A DNA stretch of 64,000 bases from Anaerolineaceae bacterium (GCA_016841365.1 JAENZI010000001.1:379639-443638); one strand, 5' to 3'. Positions 47,442 through 56,719 are shown, counted from the first letter of the stretch. The notes: generated from the sequence alone by a model not told the origin. Made by a program: numbers and translations.

Positions 47442-49124
47442 TTATTCAGCTTCTTCAGCTTTGCTGATTTTACCACCCAGATCGCGGGTTGCGGTGCTGA
47501 CCATTCCATCTTTATCAAATTCAAGGTCATCAGGCAACGCACTGGATTGATTTGTTGAAACAATACATTTTACGATGATTGGCTTCCCCAAAACTTCTTG
47601 TAAGATGTCATTTGTGAGGTTGAGGTTCCCCTCTTTTTCCATGAAACCTTTTACCATTTCGGAGGCAAAACCCAACACCAGCGTTTTTTCACTCATACCG
47701 GCGATTTTTGCGCTGTTTAAGATGCCTTCGGTGCGCGGGTTGTGCTGGCGAACCTTTGCTTTGATCGCATCCCAGGCCCGGTGAATATCATTTAAGGTGA
47801 TATCGCCGCCTGGTTGGGTGATGGTGACAGGCTCAATTTCAGCAGGTTCTGAATCCTGAACCTCCTGTTTTGGTTTTTCTTCTACCGTCTTCTTTTTAGG
47901 GGTTTGTGCAGGCTGCTTGGATTGGGGTGCCTTTGCCGGCGCCGATTGGGATGCGGGTTGTTTTACCGGTTGGCGAGATTTTACAGCAGGATTTTGGGTT
48001 TTAACCGCAACCGGTTCAGGTTGATGGGCAGGTGTTATCGGAACTTCTGGCTGAATGAGAAAGGTTGTGAAGGCTAACTCTAAACCCAACCCCGGGTGCC
48101 AATTGGCGTGTTCTTCAATGGTTGCCTGGTTAAAGGATTCGATCGCTTTGAGCAAATCCGGCATAGACATCTTTCCGGCGTGTTCATGGATGTTCGCACG
48201 AACATCCTCGGCAACTTCAACCTGGCCTTCGTTATTCATCTTGAACAACAGCACATTCCGCAAATAGCTCACGATTTGCCGTGCTAATTGACGGGGATCC
48301 GTGCCGCTGTCCAGCGCTTTGTTGATTTGGGTCAGACCCCGCGAGGTGTCTTTTTCGATCAGCGCATCAACGATTTCGATCACGCGTGTGTCGGTGGCTG
48401 TGCCAAGTACTTGCTGTGCCATCTTGAGTGTAATCTTTTCATCGGATGATGTGAGCTGATCTAAGAGTGAAATGGCGTCTCGTAAACTGCCGGTTGCTTG
48501 GCGTGCAATTTCGACGAAGACCGGGTCTTCCACCTGGAAATTCTCTTCTTTACTCTTGGCTTTGAGATGGTCAACGATCACATTCACTGGAATACGCCGA
48601 AATTCGTGCTGCTGGCAGCGGGAAAGCACGGTTGCCGGGATTTTGTGGATCTCGGTGGTTGCCAGGATGAAAATGGCATGTGGTGGGGGTTCTTCGAGGG
48701 TTTTGAGCAAGGCGTTAAACGCTGCAGTGGATAACATGTGGACTTCGTCGATGATATACACCTTGAACTTGCCCTGCGACGGCGAAAAATTGATCTTTTC
48801 ACGCAGGTCGCGGACATCATCCACACTGGTGTTGGAGGCGGCATCAATCTCGATCAGATCCATGAAACGGCCTTGATTAAGCGCCAGGCAGTGCTCACAT
48901 TTATTGCAGGGACGTTTTTCGAGGTCGGGTTCAAGACAGTTGAGCGCTTTTGCCAAAAGCCGGGCTGAAGTAGTCTTGCCAGTGCCGCGGGGGCCGGCAA
49001 ATAGGTAGGCATGAGCCACACGGTCATGCACAACGGCATTGCGCAATGTTTGGATAACATGCTCCTGGGCGACGACTTCATCCCAATCCTTGGGGCGCCA
49101 TTTTCGATAAAGTGCTTTTGCCAT
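47442..49124 (-). CDS. dnaX: DNA polymerase III subunit gamma/tau
   Basis: LYRKWRP, GPRGTGKTT, IIDEVHML, LKTLEEPP and TVLSRCQ motifs. Confidence 0.96.
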   Translation of the reverse strand: MAKALYRKWRPKDWDEVVAQEHVIQTLRNAVVHDRVAHAYLFAGPRGTGKTTSARLLAKALNCLEPDLEKRPCNKCEHCLALNQGRFMDLIEIDAASNTSVDDVRDLREKINFSPSQGKFKVYIIDEVHMLSTAAFNALLKTLEEPPPHAIFILATTEIHKIPATVLSRCQQHEFRRIPVNVIVDHLKAKSKEENFQVEDPVFVEIARQATGSLRDAISLLDQLTSSDEKITLKMAQQVLGTATDTRVIEIVDALIEKDTSRGLTQINKALDSGTDPRQLARQIVSYLRNVLLFKMNNEGQVEVAEDVRANIHEHAGKMSMPDLLKAIESFNQATIEEHANWHPGLGLELAFTTFLIQPEVPITPAHQPEPVAVKTQNPAVKSRQPVKQPASQSAPAKAPQSKQPAQTPKKKTVEEKPKQEVQDSEPAEIEPVTITQPGGDITLNDIHRAWDAIKAKVRQHNPRTEGILNSAKIAGMSEKTLVLGFASEMVKGFMEKEGNLNLTNDILQEVLGKPIIVKCIVSTNQSSALPDDLEFDKDGMVSTATRDLGGKISKAEEAE

Positions 49125-49145
49125 AATTAAAGTATCTTTTTCTAC

Positions 49146-49682
49146 TTAAGGTATTGAATAGGTTGAGATGGTCTCCCCGGCATCGTTCAGCAGGGAGGCG
49201 GTTTCGCCGGATTGCCAAATTGGCGTTTCTGCCTGCCAGAATAATTCTATCACCGTCGGATTGCCTGGTTTTGAGAGGACCTTGATCGCACCCTGGCTAT
49301 TGAGGATGAATGCGGGGAAGGTGAAGGTTTGATTGTTTTCATCCCGGATTTGCCATCCTGTCAGGTCCACCGCACCCTGACCTTCGTTGCGGATTTCTAC
49401 ATACTCCATATCCAAATTGCCTGCACCAACGATAGCATAAATCGATACTTGATCACCCTGATCGGAGAATTCTATCTCCGATTCAGAAGTTTGTGCGGGG
49501 TCATTATTTAATTCTGAGTCAGCAGGTAGCGTGCTGTTTTGATCCTGTGGAGAAGTTGCAGACGAATTGAAAACGGGTGTTGGGTGAGCGCGTTCCCAGA
49601 GCCAGAGGATGGTCAGGATTGTCACGGAAGTGACGAAAATATTCAGGATGATGAAGAAAATTAATCGAGAACCGTTTTTCAT
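49146..49682 (-). CDS. Membrane-anchored lamin tail domain protein
   Basis: N-terminal TM segment; EYVEIRNEG..VDLTGWQI and GETASLLN. Start moved to ATG 49682. Confidence 0.78.
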   Translation of the reverse strand: MKNGSRLIFFIILNIFVTSVTILTILWLWERAHPTPVFNSSATSPQDQNSTLPADSELNNDPAQTSESEIEFSDQGDQVSIYAIVGAGNLDMEYVEIRNEGQGAVDLTGWQIRDENNQTFTFPAFILNSQGAIKVLSKPGNPTVIELFWQAETPIWQSGETASLLNDAGETISTYSIP

Positions 49683-49941
49683 GGCGTAACCCTTCTCACA
49701 GTTTAGAATGATAGCATACCTTGGGTGTTTTGCCAAAATCATTTGCTTAATCGTCTGTCTTAAAATAAAAATGATACATAAAAATTTGAATTAACATATC
49801 GATAACAAAACATTCTATTTTCATTAATAGCCGTATGATATCCTGATTATGGTTTCGGGAATTTGATTTCTCTCCTTTCAAGTTTGACCTGAGACAAAAG
49901 TTGTGGATAACGCAACTGAGAAAAAGGTGAGCTTAACGAAG

Positions 49942-49973
49942 CAAAGCAGGCGTTTGGTGAGGCGCCTGCTTTG
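49942..49973. terminator. Intrinsic terminator hairpin
   Basis: caaagcaggcg...cgcctgctttg. Confidence 0.65.
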
Positions 49974-49993
49974 TGTTTTAAGTAATTGTTCTT

Positions 49994-50707
49994 CTATTTT
50001 TCTGAAAAAGCCAGCTCTTTAATATGCTCGATGTGGTCGCGTTGATGCCAGAGGGTGCGGCGCAAGATTTTCCGGTAGGACCAAATTTCTCCTTCGATGC
50101 CTTTGACAGTTGCTTGCCCGGTAAAGGTCGGGAAGATGGTATCGATTTGTTTAGCGGTTTGGGCTAGACGCTTTTCGGGGTCGCTCGTGAGTTGCTGATA
50201 CTTGAGCTCAGTCAGATCAAGGCGCTGGAGATACCACAGTTCTGCATTTGCAATGTGCCTGGCAATGCCCAATATGTTCCAGCGCTGCCCGGGGAAATTC
50301 TTCTCGAGGATTTCAGCATCAAGCGTGCTCAATCCAGCCAGCAGTTCTTCACGCTGCCAGTGAAATATTTTCAAGCCCTGATGGATTTCATCAGAGGAGA
50401 GCGGGCGCCAATCGTCAGTGAACCAGGCATTGATTTCATATCCCTGACCAGGGGGCGCAGGGAGATAATCTTCACCCATCCTAAAAGTCTCGTAATGTTC
50501 AACCACATGCATGCCAAGATCGTCAAAATTGACCCAGGAATCCGCCGTGTGATTCTTGATCCAATACTCATATTCAAGCAGGGCTCGGGGCAAGCGGATG
50601 AGCGCTTCGGTTTCATCCTTACCATAGGCAAAGCACCCCGGGTAATCAAGCGCCCAGGCGAGGGTTCGTCCCTCGATGTTATTTTCTAATCCGACACGAA
50701 TATGCAT
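49994..50707 (-). CDS. HicB-like N-terminal domain fused to a DinB-like helical domain
   Basis: AWALDYPGCFAYGKDETEAL (HicB-like); WNILGIARHIANAE...WHQRDH (DinB His pattern). Start at ATG 50707. Confidence 0.65.
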   Translation of the reverse strand: MHIRVGLENNIEGRTLAWALDYPGCFAYGKDETEALIRLPRALLEYEYWIKNHTADSWVNFDDLGMHVVEHYETFRMGEDYLPAPPGQGYEINAWFTDDWRPLSSDEIHQGLKIFHWQREELLAGLSTLDAEILEKNFPGQRWNILGIARHIANAELWYLQRLDLTELKYQQLTSDPEKRLAQTAKQIDTIFPTFTGQATVKGIEGEIWSYRKILRRTLWHQRDHIEHIKELAFSEK

Positions 50708-50831
50708 CTTATCTCCTGTGCTGAATCTGAGATTTATTAGCATGAATTATAAGAGAAAATGGAAGAGAGGCGGAAATACTTTTCAGAAAAATATTGAAAA
50801 CCTTCCTTATTGAAGTGAATTTAAACGAAAA

Positions 50832-50867
50832 CCCCAACAGCACGGTCATCCATTTACGCTGTTGGGG
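50832..50867 (-). terminator. Terminator of the small peptide gene
   Basis: ccccaacagc...gctgttgggg stem; the minus strand continues TTTTCGTTT. Confidence 0.7.
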
Positions 50868-50894
50868 CATCCCGGTTGTCGGTTAGCTTTTGGG

Positions 50895-50981
50895 TCATTT
50901 TCCATGTTCCAGCCCAATCAGGCTGATCAACGCGAACACAACGCCAACCAAGCCGACGACAAAATAAATTACAGCGCTCAT
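50895..50981 (-). CDS. 28-aa hydrophobic small protein MSAVIYFVVGLVGVVFALISLIGLEHGK
   Basis: SD AAAGGAGG 6 nt before the ATG, one TM helix, own terminator; below the ORF-track length cutoff. Confidence 0.7.
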   Translation of the reverse strand: MSAVIYFVVGLVGVVFALISLIGLEHGK

Positions 50982-51231
50982 GGACTTCCTCCTTTCATTA
51001 TGATTTACGCATAATTACAAAAATAGTTGCAATTAATCAGACGTTTCTGCTGTTGAAAAAGTTCCAGGACTTTCTCATATGAATTAACACAAATTTTGCT
51101 AATTCGTCACGTTTCAAGGATAGTTCTTTTTAAGGCAGCATCACACCGTCAGGCGGTGAGTGTTTTAAATGACAACCGGCAAGGAAAAACCTGGCCGGTG
51201 GATAGGTTGCTGTAAAATGAATTTTGATGGA

Positions 51232-51786
51232 TTAATCAGAAAAAACAGGGAGATGGCCCAGCGCGATGATATCTGACCATTTTGCCCGTTCACCTTCGGT
51301 GAGGATCGCAGCTTCAGCGGCCACGGTTGCGCCAGCTTTTTCGAGGATCATGCGCATACCCTGCAGCGTGGACCCGGTGCTGATCACATCGTCGACTATC
51401 ACCACTCGGTGATCTTTGATTAATTCACGGTCCTTCTCGTCAAGGTAAAGGGTTTGGGGCTTTCCGGTAGTGATGGAAAGGGTTTCAGATTTAAAGGCAT
51501 CCCCCATGTAGGGCTTGTAGGATTTGCGAAGGATCACGTAGGGTTTGCCAGTCACCACTGAGAGCGCGTGCGCCAGTGGTATGCTTTTTGCTTCAGCCGT
51601 CACGAGTGCGTCATACTCGACTTTATCTAATTTTTTAGCTAATGCTCGAGCGCAGGCTTCAACAAGCTCAGTGTCCCCCAGGATGTTCAAAATGGCAATG
51701 CGTAAGCCTGGCTTGACCTCAAATAATTCCAATTCCCGATGAATGCCGGCGATATCGATGCTGTAGGTTTCACGTTTTTCACTCAT
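51232..51786 (-). CDS. Type I phosphoribosyltransferase (adenine PRT-like)
   Basis: TAEAKSIPLA, ILRKS and PRPP-binding VVIVDDVISTGST. Confidence 0.88.
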   Translation of the reverse strand: MSEKRETYSIDIAGIHRELELFEVKPGLRIAILNILGDTELVEACARALAKKLDKVEYDALVTAEAKSIPLAHALSVVTGKPYVILRKSYKPYMGDAFKSETLSITTGKPQTLYLDEKDRELIKDHRVVIVDDVISTGSTLQGMRMILEKAGATVAAEAAILTEGERAKWSDIIALGHLPVFSD

Positions 51787-52159
51787 TATTCTCTCCTGTA
51801 AGATTTAGTGCTTGTTATCCAAATTATAATTCAGGTTCATTAATTGGGTTGGCGGATAGCAGAATATCTTGACTGATTTGCTCACGATTTATCTTCGAAA
51901 GTTAAAATTAGAACGTGCCAGGGACGCCGACCCTGGCACGTTCATTAAGGAGGAGAAGAAGAGAAGTTGTCTTTACAATTCATATCATAATGGTGAACTC
52001 GAATTTGTACTTGACGGTAAACCTACGATTGCCCTACGATCGGGCACTGATTTGTCGCTAATAGCACCTCATAGAGCCAACCCAGATAAGCGATTCCGGC
52101 TTTTAAGGTATGATTGAAAGTGTAATTAATCCAATAATTGACATTGAAGAGGTGCATTT

Positions 52160-52681
52160 TTGGGGCTCACATTTGCTGAGTTGACAGATACAAAAATAGG
52201 TCCGATCAGCTTTGCCGCTGGCGATAGGGGTTTGACTCATGTGTATTTCGGCAAATTAAGCGGATTAAAATCAGGATTAGGCTTAAGCGAGGATGTACCA
52301 TCACTACCCGGCCTTGAAACGGTTGGTGCGTTGCTGGTTGAGATGAACGAGTATCTCTTTGGGATTAGGAAATCTTTCTCGGTGGATCTGGATTGGACTG
52401 GTATGACGGGGTTTCAAAGGAGAGTACTGGAGATAACAGCAACGATCCCGTTTGGAGCAGTGATGACCTATGGCGAAATCGCTCGTCAATTGGGTCAGCC
52501 CAAAGCAGCCCGTGCCGTGGGTACTGCCTTGGGCGCGAATCCAATGCCAATCGTGATTCCGTGTCACCGTGTGATAGGGAGTGGTCACCTTTTGCATGGC
52601 TACGCCGGAGGATTACCCGTAAAATCAACGCTGCTGACGCTTGAAGGGTTGAATGTTGAGAACGACTTGGTGGTTTTGTAG
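52160..52681 (+). CDS. ogt: Methylated-DNA--protein-cysteine methyltransferase
   Basis: TYGEIA, ARAVG and IPCHRV active site; TTG start with SD gagg. Confidence 0.92.
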   Translation: MGLTFAELTDTKIGPISFAAGDRGLTHVYFGKLSGLKSGLGLSEDVPSLPGLETVGALLVEMNEYLFGIRKSFSVDLDWTGMTGFQRRVLEITATIPFGAVMTYGEIARQLGQPKAARAVGTALGANPMPIVIPCHRVIGSGHLLHGYAGGLPVKSTLLTLEGLNVENDLVVL

Positions 52682-52720
52682 GCAGGAACGCCAATTCATA
52701 ATTAAGATAAGGAAAAACTG

Positions 52721-53644
52721 ATGAATGACTATGATGGTAAGGATTTTTCTGGCTACAAGTCGGGCTATGTCGCCCTGGTTGGCAAACCCAATGTCGGGAA
52801 GTCAACGCTTTTAAATGCCTATATTGGTCAGAAGATCGCAGCAGTTTCTTATAAACCTCAAACCACTCGTAAGCGGCAGTTGGGGATCCTGACCAATGAA
52901 AAAGCGCAAATCATATTCATCGACACGCCTGGTTTGCATTCGGGCGATTATAAACTGAGCGAATTTATCAATCAAGAGGCGCAATACGCGTTGATGGACG
53001 CGGATTTGCTGTTGTTCCTGGTGGATGTCAGCCAGCCGCCCGATGATGAGGATCGCAAACTGGCGGCAGAAGTTTTTGAAAAATCCGGCAATTCGAAGAA
53101 ACTGCTGGTTCTGAATAAAATGGATCTTGCTTCCCGTGATGAAATCGAACGCCATCAGCAAGCGTATCAGGAATTGCTCGATTTCACAGACCAGATCAGG
53201 ATATCTGCCATCCGGGAAGCTGGGCGAGAGGCTTTGCTGGATCGAGTTATTGACCTGCTTGATGAGGGGCCTCAATATTTCCCCGAGGATCAAATAACTG
53301 ACGTGTACGAACGTGATATCGCCGAGGATTTGATCCGCGCAGCTGCGCTGCAAAACTTGCGAGATGAGGTGCCTTATAGTCTGTTTGTGCGGGTCAACGA
53401 TTATGCGCTGCGTGAAGACGGGATGCGCTATGTGCATGCAACCCTTTTTGTGGAGCGCGACTCACAAAAGGGAATTGTGATCGGTAAGGGCGGCAGCATG
53501 ATCAAAAAGATCAGTACGGAGGCGCGCCAGGAGATTGAAGAAATGAGCGGCGAGCCGGTTTTTTTGGAGCTCTCTGTTAAGGTAGAGAAGAATTGGCGCA
53601 ATAACCCGGACTTTTTACGCAGATATGGGCTGACACATGATTGA
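52721..53644 (+). CDS. era: GTPase Era
   Basis: GKPNVGKST, PQTTR, DTPG, NKMD and KH-domain IVIGKGG. Confidence 0.96.
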   Translation: MNDYDGKDFSGYKSGYVALVGKPNVGKSTLLNAYIGQKIAAVSYKPQTTRKRQLGILTNEKAQIIFIDTPGLHSGDYKLSEFINQEAQYALMDADLLLFLVDVSQPPDDEDRKLAAEVFEKSGNSKKLLVLNKMDLASRDEIERHQQAYQELLDFTDQIRISAIREAGREALLDRVIDLLDEGPQYFPEDQITDVYERDIAEDLIRAAALQNLRDEVPYSLFVRVNDYALREDGMRYVHATLFVERDSQKGIVIGKGGSMIKKISTEARQEIEEMSGEPVFLELSVKVEKNWRNNPDFLRRYGLTHD

Positions 53645-54362
53645 TATCACCGATTTTTCGATCTATTGGACGGCAGGTGTTTTCTTAGCCTTCATATTTG
53701 ATTGGATTTGCATTGCTTTCAGGTGGCGGAGAATTGAATTCATTTCAAAGCCTCTGGCAATGCTATCTGTGATTTTGTGGACAATAAATGCCATTGGTTG
53801 GGAGATTCATGGACTGCTGATATTGCTTGTTTTAGCGCAGGCTTTCGGTTTGATCGGGGACATTCTGCTGCTGAAATCTGAACATTGGTTCATTGGCGGG
53901 TTGAGCGCATTTTTGATTGGACATTTGCTTTATAATAGCTTGCTGGCGATCATCATCCGAGATTCATTCCTGCCTGGCTTGTCTGGTTTTCAACTTGCCT
54001 GGCGGTTATTGGTGGTTTTGATATTGTGGGCGCTTATTCTGCTGTATTTTTACAAAACCTTCAAACCGCTATCTGTCGGGAAATCCATCAGTATGCGGTT
54101 GTGGGAAGCCATTCAATTATATGGCTGGATTTTAAGTGGTTTGGTTGTTTTAGCCATCTTTACAATTTTGGTCATTCCTGAGTTTTTGTGGTTGTCGCTG
54201 ACGCTACCGGTGGGGGCGTTCCTATTCTTGATTTCAGATATGCTTCTTTCTTACAATCGCTTTGTGAGGCCCATAAAAAATGCGAAGCTGTGGGTAAGAA
54301 TCAGCTACCATTTAGCTCAATTTGGTCTGGCTGTGGGATTTCTGACTGTTTTGAATGCATGA
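53637..54362 (+). CDS. YhhN/lysoplasmalogenase family membrane protein
   Basis: SKPLAM, GDILL, FLIGHLLY, GAFLFLISD and SYHLAQ motifs. Confidence 0.82.
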   Translation: MIDITDFSIYWTAGVFLAFIFDWICIAFRWRRIEFISKPLAMLSVILWTINAIGWEIHGLLILLVLAQAFGLIGDILLLKSEHWFIGGLSAFLIGHLLYNSLLAIIIRDSFLPGLSGFQLAWRLLVVLILWALILLYFYKTFKPLSVGKSISMRLWEAIQLYGWILSGLVVLAIFTILVIPEFLWLSLTLPVGAFLFLISDMLLSYNRFVRPIKNAKLWVRISYHLAQFGLAVGFLTVLNA

Positions 54363-54466
54363 TTTGTAAGATCTAAGCACAAAAAAATTTGACATTGGCC
54401 TCCAAAATTTGCATAATGGAATTGGAAAGATAATTTAAACCAATCAAATGACGCAAGGAGGTCAAA

Positions 54467-55330
54467 GTGCGCAGGAAATCCCCCTTAATCCCTTTATTAG
54501 TATTATTGTTGGCAAGCGTTCTTCTTTCGGGCTGTGACGCGCTTTTCGGCGGTAGCGAAGAACTAGATACTGAGGCGTTGGTTGCAACAGCGGTAGCACA
54601 AACAGCGCCTGCCAGACCGGGTGTTGACCAGGAAGAAGATAGCACAGCGCCGGAAACAGAAATGCCGGCAACGGCTGAAATTCCGACGGCTACGGCAACC
54701 ATCACGCTGACACCGACACTAACACTCACGGCTACCGAGACGCTGACACCCACGCTTTCTGCCCCACAGGTGCATGTGGATGTGGATACCAATTGCCGGA
54801 CAGGCCCGGGCGAAATTTACGACATTGTGGGTGGTTTGCTGGTCGGTGAACAGGCTGAAGTGGTTGGCCGATGGCCGGGCGGCAATTACTGGATCATCCC
54901 TAACCCGGATGGGCCTGGTGAATGCTGGCTTTGGGGCTATTATGCCACAATTGAAGGTCCTGCGGCTGACCTGCCGGCTTATACACAACCGCCAACGCCA
55001 ACACCCATTATTGATTGGTCCGGCACCTGGACGACATTCATTGGCGACCCGGCAGGGCCATATGACACAGTTACGGTTACGATAAATCAAACAGACATGG
55101 CAGTGACAGGATCATTTAGCTACGCAGGTGGCAATTATACGCTCAGCGGCACGCTTTCCGCAGATCGGATGACATTGTCCGGAACATGGAACAGGAGCGG
55201 TTCGACGGGTCCGTTTTTGTGGCACTGGTTGAATATGAATCAGTTTAACGGCAACGAAGATAACGGAAATTATGCCTGGTGCGGCAATCGAGAGGGGGCT
55301 GGGCAGCCATCACCTTGTTTGTATCCGTAA
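54467..55330 (+). CDS. Lipoprotein with Thr/Pro-rich linker, SH3-like domain and small beta domain
   Basis: Lipobox LLSGC; TPT repeats; NCRTGPGEIYD (SH3-like). Confidence 0.75.
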   Translation: MRRKSPLIPLLVLLLASVLLSGCDALFGGSEELDTEALVATAVAQTAPARPGVDQEEDSTAPETEMPATAEIPTATATITLTPTLTLTATETLTPTLSAPQVHVDVDTNCRTGPGEIYDIVGGLLVGEQAEVVGRWPGGNYWIIPNPDGPGECWLWGYYATIEGPAADLPAYTQPPTPTPIIDWSGTWTTFIGDPAGPYDTVTVTINQTDMAVTGSFSYAGGNYTLSGTLSADRMTLSGTWNRSGSTGPFLWHWLNMNQFNGNEDNGNYAWCGNREGAGQPSPCLYP

Positions 55331-55347
55331 TTCTATAAAGGTATCTC

Positions 55348-55389
55348 AAGCACCCTTACACTTTTGTTTTGGTGTAAGGGTGCTTTTTT
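55348..55389 (+). terminator. Intrinsic terminator
   Basis: aagcacccttacac...gtgtaagggtgctt followed by a T-run. Confidence 0.88.
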
Positions 55390-55407
55390 ATCTCACAGAT
55401 TGACGTA

Positions 55408-55436
55408 TTGACAAATTAGAACACTTGTTCTATAAT
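55408..55436 (+). promoter_or_regulatory. Consensus sigma70 promoter with a LexA (SOS) box in the spacer
   Basis: TTGACA (55408-55413), 17-nt spacer, TATAAT (55431-55436); TAGAAC-actt-GTTCTA at 55417-55432. Confidence 0.88.
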
Positions 55437-55473
55437 TGGAATCAGTCAGCTTCTATTCGTTTTGGAGGTTCCA

Positions 55474-56223
55474 ATGAATGTTAGTCAATCAATCCAATCT
55501 TCTTTTTCAAAATCGCTGTCATCCATCAAAACCCGTAAAGGCGTCGTCTACATGCTGATTTTCATCATGGCGCTGATCGCCTTTGAGGCATTTAATTTCA
55601 GCACGACTGATTTTGCTCTATCCGACCTGTTGGGCGACCTGCGGTTCATGGGCATTCGCTGGGCTACACTGCTTTCCATCGCGTTTTGCGGCATAGACTT
55701 TGCGGGTATTGCCAGGCTGTTCACCCCGCAATCGGAAGATGAGGAGCCGCGCTCGGTTTGGTTCATGTTTGGGGCGTGGATATTGGCTGCCACCATGAAC
55801 ACAATCCTCACGTGGTGGGGCGTTGTGATGGCCATGCAGACGCACCCGATCGTGAGCGCAGGTGTGGTGAACACAACATTTGTCACAAAAGTTGTCCCGA
55901 TCTTTATCGCATTGATGGTGTGGGTGATCCGGGTTTTGCTGATTGGCACCTTTTCAAAGAAAAGCAGCCAATTAATCCAAAAAACCAAAGCCTCTGAAGC
56001 GCGAACCCTCTCACGGCGTGAATTTCGCCAGGCGCAAAGCAGGGCGGCTCATGCGTCGCAGGCAATCCCTGCTGTTTCAGCCGGGTTCAAGCCATCCGTG
56101 AAAAACAACACGGGCAGAGGCAACAAGTCTGGTTTTCGCCCTGAGCCGAAATACATCCCGATGCAGGAAGAAGCCGCATTCCACTCATTGAAGTCTTCCG
56201 ATGCCAGCCAGCGCAGGTTTTAA
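55474..56223 (+). CDS. Hypothetical multi-pass membrane protein with basic cytoplasmic tail, predicted SOS-inducible
   Basis: SD GGAGG before ATG 55474; about 4 hydrophobic segments, then a K/R/S/Q-rich tail; no family recognised. Confidence 0.78.
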   Translation: MNVSQSIQSSFSKSLSSIKTRKGVVYMLIFIMALIAFEAFNFSTTDFALSDLLGDLRFMGIRWATLLSIAFCGIDFAGIARLFTPQSEDEEPRSVWFMFGAWILAATMNTILTWWGVVMAMQTHPIVSAGVVNTTFVTKVVPIFIALMVWVIRVLLIGTFSKKSSQLIQKTKASEARTLSRREFRQAQSRAAHASQAIPAVSAGFKPSVKNNTGRGNKSGFRPEPKYIPMQEEAAFHSLKSSDASQRRF

Positions 56224-56233
56224 TATAATTTTA

Positions 56234-56262
56234 TTGACTTTTAGGGGAACCCATAGTAAGAT
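56234..56262 (+). promoter_or_regulatory. tRNA promoter
   Basis: TTGACT-17 nt-TAAGAT. Confidence 0.6.
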
Positions 56263-56286
56263 ATCGGACACACAAAATGGTGTCCT

Positions 56287-56358
56287 GGCGAAGTAGCTCA
56301 ATGGTAGAGCAGTGGACTCATAAGCCATTGGTTGGCGGTTCAAATCCGCCCTTCGCCA
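56287..56358 (+). tRNA. tRNA-Met(CAT), elongator type (Ile2 not excluded); CCA not encoded
   Basis: Cloverleaf GGCGAAG/CTTCGCC, D-stem GCTC/GAGC, loop CTCATAA, T-arm GGCGG-TTCAAAT-CCGCC. G1:C72 is paired, so it is not an initiator. Confidence 0.92.
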
Positions 56359-56365
56359 CTTGAAC

Positions 56366-56391
56366 AAATCTCCCGTAAATTGGGAGATTTT
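56366..56391 (+). terminator. tRNA terminator
   Basis: aaatctccc-gtaaatt-gggagatttt. Confidence 0.7.
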
Positions 56392-56719
56392 CGGTTAACA
56401 ATTACCATATATTTAATGATTATTCATTGGTTTGATTAAGGATTACAACTGCGCTCTCTGTCTTTGGATCGAGAGCGTTTCGTACAAACAATCTGTCATG
56501 CAAGCCGGTTACTTGCGTCTAACTGGCTGTTCAGGATCTAAACCTTAATTTTCCTACAGTCAATAAGATTCTCTTAAGTATTCATTGGATATTTTATGCA
56601 CTGAGATCAAAGATTTGATAAATCCTGCAGATGTGAAAACCAAAGACGATTATTTGAAATAGCTTGATGAATAGTTTTTATGATTTTTCGTTGTTTAGTG
56701 ATGAATCTCTGATAAACCA

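Noticed and set aside
50872-51179. 9-bp long-range inverted repeat (ccggttgtc / gacaaccgg) flanking the small peptide gene
   Set aside because: A match this short is expected by chance over a few hundred bp; not used as evidence for a type I toxin fold.
51970-52030. Purine-riboswitch-like words (TTTGTAC, CGGTAAA, TACGA) near the phosphoribosyltransferase gene
   Set aside because: Spacing and stems do not fit the aptamer, and the words are on the strand pointing away from the gene.
51869-52117. 82-aa plus-strand ORF
   Set aside because: TTG start without an SD, no recognisable motif, and it overlaps hairpins in a divergent promoter region.
56287-56358. Initiator tRNA-fMet (fmt is in the window)
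   Set aside because: G1:C72 is paired and the three consecutive G:C anticodon-stem pairs are missing.
56287-56400. Prophage or ICE attachment site at the tRNA
   Set aside because: No integrase and no duplicated tRNA 3' end within the window; kept only as a weak island inference.
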